A DNA stretch of 64,000 bases from an uncultured Rickettsiales bacterium (lineage in GTDB: Bacteria > Pseudomonadota > Alphaproteobacteria > Rickettsiales > UBA8987), in assembly GCA_964445765.1 (NCBI GenBank), contig CAYULD010000002.1, forward strand, positions 296,844 through 360,843, in the 5' to 3' direction. The position numbers and the translations under genes are program-made. The notes under the pieces were generated by a model. It was not told the DNA's origin and did not search any database. It saw nothing but the letters and a program-made list of their open reading frames with translations. Shown piece after piece: positions 51,725-59,755 of the stretch. Positions within the stretch are counted from its first letter, which is position 1. Every line of letters begins with the position of its first letter.

Positions 51725-51967
51725 TTATGCCGCTATTTCAAATTTATAATTTTCAATAACTGTGTTTGCTAAAAGCTCTTTGCACATTTTTTCTAGTTGA
51801 TCTTTTGCTTTTTCTTTATCAGTTTCTGTAAGTTCAACTTCAATGAATTTTCCCTGCCTAACATCTTTAACTGATTTATAGCCAAGTGAATTTAAGCTCT
51901 CAGAAATTGCCTTTCCTTGTGGGTCAAGAACGCCATTTTTAAGAGTTACGAATATTTTTGCTTTCAT
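51725..51967 (-). CDS. purS: Phosphoribosylformylglycinamidine synthase subunit PurS
   Basis: VTLK.GVLDPQG, VRQGK, LLANTVIENY. Confidence 0.96.
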   Translation of the reverse strand: MKAKIFVTLKNGVLDPQGKAISESLNSLGYKSVKDVRQGKFIEVELTETDKEKAKDQLEKMCKELLANTVIENYKFEIAA

Positions 51968-52001
51968 AAAATCATATTATTACTTATTTTAATTTTGCCT
52001 T

Positions 52002-52035
52002 AACCTTACCCTTCCCAGAACCTTACCCTTCCCAG
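52002..52035. repeat. 17-bp tandem duplication
   Basis: AACCTTACCCTTCCCAG twice; resembles a decayed copy of the 30471 repeat. Confidence 0.6.
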
Positions 52036-52053
52036 TGTGAGATGGGTATGATT

Positions 52054-52857
52054 TTATTTCTTAGTTTTATCTTTTGTAGTTGGTTTAGTTTCAAAAGAAA
52101 CAACATTCTCATCTTCCAAACCTTTAAGAACTCCAAGGCGTTTGGCAACTTCCCTATAGGCTTCTAAAACACCACCCATATTTTTTCTAAATCTATCTTT
52201 ATCAAGAATATTGCCAGTTTCAATATCCCATAACCTGCAAGAATCAGGGCTAATTTCATCAGCAACTAGAAGGTAGACATTGCCTTCTTCATCATAAACC
52301 CTGCCAAATTCTAGTTTGAGATCAACTAATTTTATACCAACCGCGTGGAAAACACCGCATAAAAAATCATTAATGCGAAGCGAAATCCCTTTCATAGCTT
52401 CAATTTCCTCTGGTAATGCCCAGCCAAATACATTAATATGTTCATCAGTGATAAAGGGATCCCCAAGTTTATCGCTTTTTAAGCACATTTCAATCATAGG
52501 GTGATATAAATTCATACCAATATCCAGAGCGAACCTTTTAGATAAACTGCCTGCCGTAACATTGCGAACAATAATTTCAATTGGAATCATTTCACAGGCT
52601 TTTATAAGTTGCTCCCTCATATTAAGCCTTTTGATGAAATGAGTATGAATGCCCACATCTTCAAGTTTTTGGAATAAATATTCAGAAATTCTGTTATTTA
52701 TAACGCCTTTACCAGATAAAACTTCTAACTTTTCACCATTAAAAGCACTTGTATCATCTTTGAAATATTGTATTAGCGTTCCAGCCTCTGGCCCTTCGTA
52801 AAGAATTTTTGCTTTGCCTTCGTATAATAATTTTTTACTAACTTTATTTTTTGCCAT
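52054..52857 (-). CDS. purC: SAICAR synthetase
   Basis: [43 protein letters not shown]. Confidence 0.96.
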   Translation of the reverse strand: MAKNKVSKKLLYEGKAKILYEGPEAGTLIQYFKDDTSAFNGEKLEVLSGKGVINNRISEYLFQKLEDVGIHTHFIKRLNMREQLIKACEMIPIEIIVRNVTAGSLSKRFALDIGMNLYHPMIEMCLKSDKLGDPFITDEHINVFGWALPEEIEAMKGISLRINDFLCGVFHAVGIKLVDLKLEFGRVYDEEGNVYLLVADEISPDSCRLWDIETGNILDKDRFRKNMGGVLEAYREVAKRLGVLKGLEDENVVSFETKPTTKDKTKK

Positions 52858-52944
52858 TTTTAACCTTTTTTCATATAAAACTTGATAAATTTATATTAGA
52901 ATTTAATAATTTGGCAAATATTTTGATTAATTTTTTTATAATTT

Positions 52945-53262
52945 ATGTCTGAAATTGATAATAGAAAAAAAGCCTTTGAAAATAAATTTGCTCATGATGA
53001 AGAGTTAAAGTTCAAAATTGCCTCCAGAAGAAGGAAAATGCTTGGGCTTTGGGCTGGTGAGGTTATGCAACTTGATGATGATGAATCACTAGAATACGCA
53101 ATGGGGATTGTTAATTATGGTCTAGATAACAAAAATGCAGGGGCAGTAATTAAGAAAATATTTGATGATATGAAATCAAAAAATATTACTATCACTGAGC
53201 AAGAAATTAGGCTTAAAAATGATGAATTTGAGGAATTAGCAACAAGGCAAATAACTAGTTAG
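52945..53262 (+). CDS. DUF1476 / F1Fo ATPase inhibitor zeta subunit-like protein
   Basis: R.KAFENKFAHDEEL.FK...RR.K.LGLWA motif. Confidence 0.85.
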   Translation: MSEIDNRKKAFENKFAHDEELKFKIASRRRKMLGLWAGEVMQLDDDESLEYAMGIVNYGLDNKNAGAVIKKIFDDMKSKNITITEQEIRLKNDEFEELATRQITS

Positions 53263-53265
53263 GCA

Positions 53266-53751
53266 ATGTTAGCAAAATTTTATAAAATTTCCTTTATAGT
53301 AATTCTATTATTCGCTTTTAATTCTTCGGCTCAAAATTCTGATGATTTTGTTAATATTCCAATAAAAATAAATAATGAAAATTATAAATTAGCTGATTTT
53401 CAGGGTAAATTTGTGCTGCTACAATTTTGGGCAACTTGGTGCCCATATTGTGAAAAACAAATGCCAGATTTAGTAAAACTTCAAGCAAGATATAAAGAAA
53501 ATCCAAAACTTATAATTTTACCAGTTTCTATTGATGAAGAGGGGCAAAATGCCGTTGCAAATTTTTATAAATCAAGAGGTTATAATAGCTTGCCAGTAGT
53601 TTTAGATGAAAATAAAAATCTTTATAGAAGTTTTGGCTTAAGAGGCGTGCCAACCTCTATCTTAATTTCTGATAAAGGCAAAATTATTGAGATATTTAAC
53701 TCTATCTCGCAATTAGATTTAGAAATTTTTGATCAAATTCTGCAAAATTAA
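53266..53751 (+). CDS. TlpA/ResA-family thiol-disulfide oxidoreductase, exported
   Basis: Signal peptide; FWATWCPYC..MP, GVPTS.LI. Confidence 0.88.
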   Translation: MLAKFYKISFIVILLFAFNSSAQNSDDFVNIPIKINNENYKLADFQGKFVLLQFWATWCPYCEKQMPDLVKLQARYKENPKLIILPVSIDEEGQNAVANFYKSRGYNSLPVVLDENKNLYRSFGLRGVPTSILISDKGKIIEIFNSISQLDLEIFDQILQN

Positions 53752-53772
53752 TTTATCTATTATAGCTATAAA

Positions 53773-54537
53773 ATGAAGATAATTAATATTAAAAATCAGG
53801 GCTTTTCTTTAATTGAGCTAACGGCGGTTGTAATAATAATTTCTTTTATAGTTAGTGCGATTGTTTTTACCACTCAAGCAAGGCTAGATGCTTCTAGAAT
53901 TTATGTTACCAAAGAGAGAATGCAAACTATAACAGATGCAATTGATAGATATGTAGAGAATTATGGTCATATCCCATGCCCTGCAAACCCTGCTATTGCA
54001 AGAACTAACCCAAATTATGGCTGGGGGACTGGCACAAATTCTACCCCTGCTAACTGCCCGCAGGCTTCAACTTTTTTTGCAAGTGGAAGTGGAACTTATG
54101 GTGATATTGTTATTGGAATGGTGCCTTTCAAAACGCTTGTGCCACCTCTTGATCCATCAGTTGCAGTAGATGGCTGGGGTAATAGATTTTCTTATTTCGT
54201 AACAGAAATGTATACTAATAGAACTAATTATAAATTGGCTTCTGGTGCGGGGGGTAATTATTATATTTCTAATATTCCAAATGGCACAGGTTCAAATTAT
54301 GTTGATAGCACCAATGGCGATATAACTTATATTTTATTAAGCCACGGCCCCAATGGTGATTATGCTTATCGTGATAAAGATGGTGTTCAAATTTCTCTGG
54401 CAACGCATTTAGTTTCAGATACTGAAAATGGTGTTGCAGGTGATGCTCAGTTTGTTTGTTCAATGCCAAATGCGTTGAATGATGATATAGTTTTATATAA
54501 AAATAAATGGCAACTTCCCAAATTTATTAATGATTAG
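53773..54537 (+). CDS. Type IV pilin/pseudopilin-like protein 1
   Basis: GFSLIEL prepilin cleavage/methylation motif plus hydrophobic helix; IPCPA, GMVP, DGWGNRFSY, SHG.NG, DDIV. Confidence 0.8.
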   Translation: MKIINIKNQGFSLIELTAVVIIISFIVSAIVFTTQARLDASRIYVTKERMQTITDAIDRYVENYGHIPCPANPAIARTNPNYGWGTGTNSTPANCPQASTFFASGSGTYGDIVIGMVPFKTLVPPLDPSVAVDGWGNRFSYFVTEMYTNRTNYKLASGAGGNYYISNIPNGTGSNYVDSTNGDITYILLSHGPNGDYAYRDKDGVQISLATHLVSDTENGVAGDAQFVCSMPNALNDDIVLYKNKWQLPKFIND

Positions 54538-55222
54538 GAAAAATAAAATATTAGGTTTCTCGCTTTTGGAAATGTCAATAGTAATTGCCATAGTTGGAAT
54601 GACTATTGGGCTTGGAATTTTAAGTTTTAATCAGTTTAGTAGAGCCTCTAAAACAGAATTGACCAAAGAAAGAATGAAGGTAATTCTTAGAGCAATTAAT
54701 GATTATGCTGATAAATTTAATCGCCTTCCCTGCCCTGCAAATGGAACACAGGCTTTTGATGATAGTTTATATGGGGTCGGTTCAATCTCAGCGGATGTAT
54801 GCACTAACCACAATTCACTAGTTGCAGACACTTATTTTGGAATGGTACCAGTTAATACTTTAAATATATTTCCTTCTTATGCTGTTGATGGATGGGGAAA
54901 TAGGTTTTCTTATGCTGTTAAAGTTACGGGTGTTGCTTCAGGTGGTGTTAGCGATACAAATTCTCAAATTAATCTTAAAAATTATGCAGATGATGTTAGA
55001 TTTTATAATGTTGTAGTATTAATTATTAGCCATGGTGAAAATGGTTTTGGTGCTTGGAAAGGCAATGGTGGAAGTAAAAATGCAACCAGTGTAAATGGAA
55101 GAGAAGCTAGAAATAGCAATGTTAGTGTTGATGGCTTTCATACATCACTACCATTAGTAGGCTTTGATGATATAGTATATTTTTTAACAAATATTCAAAT
55201 TACTGATGAAAGCTTTGAATAA
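54530..55222 (+). CDS. Type IV pilin/pseudopilin-like protein 2
   Basis: GFSLLEM; LPCPA, GMVP, DGWGNRFSY, SHGENG, FDDIV. Confidence 0.8.
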   Translation: MIRKNKILGFSLLEMSIVIAIVGMTIGLGILSFNQFSRASKTELTKERMKVILRAINDYADKFNRLPCPANGTQAFDDSLYGVGSISADVCTNHNSLVADTYFGMVPVNTLNIFPSYAVDGWGNRFSYAVKVTGVASGGVSDTNSQINLKNYADDVRFYNVVVLIISHGENGFGAWKGNGGSKNATSVNGREARNSNVSVDGFHTSLPLVGFDDIVYFLTNIQITDESFE

Positions 55223-56576
55223 ATATAAAAATTTTGCTTTTAGTTTAATTGAGCTTTCAATTGTAGTGCTTATTTTATCAGTGGTTGTCTCATCTTCATT
55301 AAATGTGATAGGCGATAAAAAAATTTCAGAAACTAATATAAAAACTGAAGAAAAGTTAAAGCATATTGCTAAAGCTCTTAAAATTTATGCTAAAGAAAAT
55401 GATAGATTACCTTGTCCGATGAATATTGGCTTAACGCCAACCTCTACCAGTTTTGGTGATGAAGCAGTAGGTGGTACACCAGCAGAATGTGCAGGTGCAT
55501 ATGATAATAACTTAGGAACATTTGTTGGGTTTATTCCAGTAGCAGAAATTGGTTTACCACCAGATTATTTATATGATGAATGGGGTAGGCTTATTTCATA
55601 TTATATGGACGAATCAATGGCTTCCTCAATGACAACTTCAACAAATATTCCAAATATTGATGTAAGAAATATAACCTCTTCAGGCAGTGAAAGCACTATT
55701 ATGTGGCGTTATGCACTTCCTAGCGAAGTTGGAACAAATGTTTCGGATTGTAGAGATGGTGGAACTTCTACAATTTCTGCAACAAGCACAAATATCCAAA
55801 TTCCAATTTGTGCAGCATATGTATTAGTTAGCCACGGGGCTAACGGCTATAAATCAATAAATTTTGCTGGCACTGAATTAAGTGGTGCTTTAGGTGGCAC
55901 TAGAGAAGCTAATAACGCCCCAAAAACTCACGATGGTAGCAACCAACACATAAAAATATTCTCATTACCATTTAATAATTCTCCGGCAAGCTCATATGCT
56001 AACTATTTTGATGATATTGTAAATTTTATGTCTAAAGAAGCTATTTTAGATATTCAATTTGGTAGCACCTCAACTAGCACCTCTACCACTTCATCAAGTA
56101 CAAGCACCTCTTCTTCAACATCAAGTGGTTCTTGCACACCTTTAACAGTTAACTTAGGTGAAGCTTGCGATGAAGAGTGCTTTTTATGTAATACAGGCTT
56201 AGCTTGTTCATCAGGAACATGCATTTGCTCCCCCATTGTTTATAGTGAAACAGGAGGACCATGTGACGATGGTTGTAATCAATGTAGCGGAGATGATGTA
56301 TGCATAGATGGCATTTGTAGTTTATCAACTTGTGTAATTGAAGGTGAGGTTTGTATTTCTAATGCTGATTGCTGTGGAACGTTAAATTGTTTAGCAGGAT
56401 ATTGCAAGCCAGATGACTGTTCCGATATTGGAGAATCTTGTGGTGTATGTTGTTCTCCTTTTTCTTGTAATGGCTCTACTTGTGAATGTGTTCCTGAGGG
56501 TGAGCCTTGCTCTAGCGACTCACAATGCTGTTCAAATTATTGTGATGAAGGAGCTAGTGTATGTAAAAATCTTTAA
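55206..56576 (+). CDS. Type IV pilin-like protein 3 with Ser/Thr linker and Cys-rich C-terminal repeats
   Basis: AFSLIEL; LPCP, DEWGR.ISY, SHGANG, FDDIV; STSTSTSTT linker; 30 Cys in the last ~147 aa. Confidence 0.8.
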   Translation: MKALNKYKNFAFSLIELSIVVLILSVVVSSSLNVIGDKKISETNIKTEEKLKHIAKALKIYAKENDRLPCPMNIGLTPTSTSFGDEAVGGTPAECAGAYDNNLGTFVGFIPVAEIGLPPDYLYDEWGRLISYYMDESMASSMTTSTNIPNIDVRNITSSGSESTIMWRYALPSEVGTNVSDCRDGGTSTISATSTNIQIPICAAYVLVSHGANGYKSINFAGTELSGALGGTREANNAPKTHDGSNQHIKIFSLPFNNSPASSYANYFDDIVNFMSKEAILDIQFGSTSTSTSTTSSSTSTSSSTSSGSCTPLTVNLGEACDEECFLCNTGLACSSGTCICSPIVYSETGGPCDDGCNQCSGDDVCIDGICSLSTCVIEGEVCISNADCCGTLNCLAGYCKPDDCSDIGESCGVCCSPFSCNGSTCECVPEGEPCSSDSQCCSNYCDEGASVCKNL

Positions 56577-56579
56577 ATT

Positions 56580-57014
56580 ATGAATAAGAATCACAAAATA
56601 TCCATCGCCTCTGATCACGCAGGTTTTGAGCTTAAAGAATTTCTTACAGCTAAACTTAATTCTGAAAATTTTAGTATTATTGATTTAGGCACTGATAGCT
56701 TAAATTCAGTTGATTACCCAGATTACGCCAATAAAATTGCTTCAAATATTGAAAATAAAATTTCTGAATTTGGAATTTTAATTTGTGGCTCTGGCGTTGG
56801 TATTTCAATTGCAGCTAATAGAAATAAATCTGTGCGGGCGGCACTTTGCTATAGTGATGAAATAGCCAAACTCGCCCGCCAACATAATAACGCAAATGTA
56901 ATTTGCCTTGGTGCAAGATTTACAAATAATGAAGATGCACTTAAGATGGTTAAAACTTTCCTTTCAACTGAATTTGAAGGGGGAAGGCACGCTAACAGAG
57001 TTGCTAAACTATAG
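56580..57014 (+). CDS. rpiB: Ribose-5-phosphate isomerase B
   Basis: ASDHAG, DYPD, ICGSG.G.SIAAN, HNNAN, FEGGRH..RV. Confidence 0.96.
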   Translation: MNKNHKISIASDHAGFELKEFLTAKLNSENFSIIDLGTDSLNSVDYPDYANKIASNIENKISEFGILICGSGVGISIAANRNKSVRAALCYSDEIAKLARQHNNANVICLGARFTNNEDALKMVKTFLSTEFEGGRHANRVAKL

Positions 57015-57015
57015 C

Positions 57016-57058
57016 TAGGGCGTGTCGCTTGCAACGAATTAAATGTCAACACGCCCTA
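57016..57058. repeat. Minimal inverted-repeat element (MITE remnant-like)
   Basis: TAGGGCGTGT...ACACGCCCTA 10-bp perfect inverted repeat between rpiB and the ETF-QO gene. Confidence 0.55.
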
Positions 57059-57074
57059 AACACTAAATAAATTT

Positions 57075-58703
57075 ATGCAAAGAGAAATAATGGAATTTGA
57101 TATTGTAATAGTTGGTGCGGGGCCTGCTGGCTTATCTTCTGCAATAAAACTTGCTCAAATTTCAGCCGAAAAAAATCTTAACTTAAATATTTGCGTTATT
57201 GAAAAAGGCTCTGAAGTTGGGGCTCATATTCTTTCAGGAAATGTATTTGAAACTAAAGCTCTTGATGAATTAATTCCAGATTGGAAGCAAAAAAACGCCC
57301 CTCTGAATACTGAGGCAAAAGAGGATTATTTTCTATTTCTAACTAAGAAAAAACATTTTAGGCTTCCAACGCCCCCACAAATGCATAATAAGGGTAATTA
57401 TATAATTTCACTCGGTAATTTATGTAGGTGGCTTGCAGAGCAAGCACAGAATTTAGGTGTTCAGATATTTCCCGGTTTTGCTGGTAGTGAAGTTATATTT
57501 GATGAAACTGAAACAAAAGTTTTGGGAATTATTACTGGTGATTTTGGCATTGCAAAAAATGGTGAGCATAAAGAATCATATCAAGCAGGGGTAGAAATTA
57601 GGGCAAAATATACCATATTTGCTGAGGGTTGTAGGGGTAGCCTAACTAAAAAATTAGAAAAGAAATTTAACCTTCGTGATAATAATAATCCACAAACTTA
57701 CGCAATAGGAATAAAGGAGTTGTGGCGTATCAAAAAAGAAAAGCATCAAGCTGGAAAAATCATTCATAGTGTTGGCTGGCCAATGGATTCTAAAACTTAT
57801 GGTGGCAGTTTTATTTATCACCTTGATGATGATTTAATCTCAATCGGCTATGTTATCGGGCTTGATTATAAAAACACTTATCTAAACCCTTTCAAAGAAT
57901 TTCAGCGTTTTAAGCATCACCCTTATGTTGAAAAAATTTTAGAAGGCGGTGAAAGAATTTGTTATGGTGCAAGGGCGTTAAATGAAGGTGGTTTGCAGGC
58001 TATACCAAAACTTACATTTAATGGTGGTTGCTTAATTGGTTGCACGGCTGGTTTCTTAAATGTTCCAAAAATCAAAGGCACACATACCGCAATGAAATCT
58101 GGAATGCTTGCCGCAGAAGCTATAATTGAAGCGTTAGAAAATAATTCTAGCGATATTTCATCTTATGAAGAAAAAATCCAAAATTCTTGGATATATGAAG
58201 AGCTTTACAAGGCAAGAAATATACGCCCTGCCTTTAAGTTTGGTTTATGGTTTGGTTTAATTTATTCCGCGATAGATACTTATATATTTCGTGGTAAAGT
58301 CCCTTGGACATTCAAACATCACGCAGATTATAAGCAAACCAGAACCAAAGATAAATGCAAAATTATTGAATATCCAAAACCTGATAATAAAATTAGCTTT
58401 GATTTGCTTTCCTCTGTTTTTCTTTCAGGCACTAACCACGAGGAAGATCAGCCAGCACATCTGAAATTAACTGATATTTCAAAAGCGGTTGAATATAATC
58501 TTAAACATTATGATGCACCAGAGCAAAGATATTGCCCAGCTGGCGTTTATGAGTTTATAAAAGATGAGCAAGGCAATGATAAATTGCAAATAAATGCTCA
58601 AAATTGTGTGCATTGCAAAACTTGCGATATTAAAGATGTTACCCAAAATATAAATTGGCACACCCCTGAAGGCGGTGGCGGCCCTAATTATCCAAATATG
58701 TAG
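57075..58703 (+). CDS. Electron transfer flavoprotein-ubiquinone oxidoreductase
   Basis: VGAGPAG, EKGSEVGAHILSG, KIKGTHTAMKSG, CPAGVYE, CVHCKTCDIKD, PEGGGGPNY. Confidence 0.95.
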   Translation: MQREIMEFDIVIVGAGPAGLSSAIKLAQISAEKNLNLNICVIEKGSEVGAHILSGNVFETKALDELIPDWKQKNAPLNTEAKEDYFLFLTKKKHFRLPTPPQMHNKGNYIISLGNLCRWLAEQAQNLGVQIFPGFAGSEVIFDETETKVLGIITGDFGIAKNGEHKESYQAGVEIRAKYTIFAEGCRGSLTKKLEKKFNLRDNNNPQTYAIGIKELWRIKKEKHQAGKIIHSVGWPMDSKTYGGSFIYHLDDDLISIGYVIGLDYKNTYLNPFKEFQRFKHHPYVEKILEGGERICYGARALNEGGLQAIPKLTFNGGCLIGCTAGFLNVPKIKGTHTAMKSGMLAAEAIIEALENNSSDISSYEEKIQNSWIYEELYKARNIRPAFKFGLWFGLIYSAIDTYIFRGKVPWTFKHHADYKQTRTKDKCKIIEYPKPDNKISFDLLSSVFLSGTNHEEDQPAHLKLTDISKAVEYNLKHYDAPEQRYCPAGVYEFIKDEQGNDKLQINAQNCVHCKTCDIKDVTQNINWHTPEGGGGPNYPNM

Positions 58704-58706
58704 TTT

Positions 58707-59696
58707 TCAATTAGCTTTTTCTATTGCTGTGAGAATTGATTTTATATCTTTAGGGTAGGGTGCTTGAAAACTTAGCCTTTCTAATGTTTCTGGGTGATCA
58801 AATGATATTTCATAAGCGTGTAAAAACTGCCTATTGAAGCTCTCAAATTTTTCTAAAATTTTGGTAGGTATTGAGCCAATCTTCTTTTGGTTTTGATTGC
58901 CACTATAAACTTTATCGCCAATGACGGGCATTCCGAGATGCTCCATATGAACACGAATTTGGTGGGTTCTGCCAGTTTCTAGTGTAACTTCTAGCAATGA
59001 AATTGCCCCATCAAAAAAGCTATTTAGCAATTTATATTTTGTAATTGCAACTTTGCCAGATGTCTTAAAAACTGCTCTTTTTTTGCGATCTACAGGGTGC
59101 CTGCCGATATTGGTTTGCAAATTTCCTGCTATCATTTTTGGCTTATTCCATACTAGCGTATGATAAATTCTTTTGGCGGTTCGCTCTTTAATTTGGTTAG
59201 CAAGCTCACGATGTGTGTAATCATCTTTTGCAATAAGTAAAACGCCGGTTGTATCTCTATCCAAGCGATGCACAATTCCAGCCCTCGCTTTGCCATTTAG
59301 CATAGATAAATTATTTTTATATTTATGAATTAAGGCGTTAACCAAAGTATCTTTATGATTGCCAGCCCCGGGGTGAATGGTTAAGCCGGCTTGTTTATTA
59401 ATAACTAATAAAAAATCATCTTCATATAAAATATTAATTTTTATATCTGAATTTGGCTCAATTTTATTATGGTTATTTTCACTTGATGGAATTTTACTAT
59501 CTACAGAAATTTCAATAAAATCGCCAGTTTTTAGCTTTTCAGAGATATTATCACAAACTTTCCCATTAAGATTTAATTGCAAATTTTTGATAATTTTTTG
59601 TGCTAGACTTCTTGAAATTCTAGGGTTTATAAGGCTAATTGCTTTATCAAGCCTTAAGCCATTATGGGTTTCTTCTATGTAAAATTGATTTTGCAT
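58707..59696 (-). CDS. rluD: RluA-family 23S rRNA pseudouridine synthase (RluD-like)
   Basis: S4 domain RLDK, NK.AG..IHPG.G, GIVHRLDRDTTG, TGRTHQIRVH. Confidence 0.85.
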   Translation of the reverse strand: MQNQFYIEETHNGLRLDKAISLINPRISRSLAQKIIKNLQLNLNGKVCDNISEKLKTGDFIEISVDSKIPSSENNHNKIEPNSDIKINILYEDDFLLVINKQAGLTIHPGAGNHKDTLVNALIHKYKNNLSMLNGKARAGIVHRLDRDTTGVLLIAKDDYTHRELANQIKERTAKRIYHTLVWNKPKMIAGNLQTNIGRHPVDRKKRAVFKTSGKVAITKYKLLNSFFDGAISLLEVTLETGRTHQIRVHMEHLGMPVIGDKVYSGNQNQKKIGSIPTKILEKFESFNRQFLHAYEISFDHPETLERLSFQAPYPKDIKSILTAIEKAN

Positions 59697-59755
59697 TTAT
59701 ATTGCGACACTTAAAAATCTAATCTATATAATCATTTCAAAACAAAAGTTAAAAA

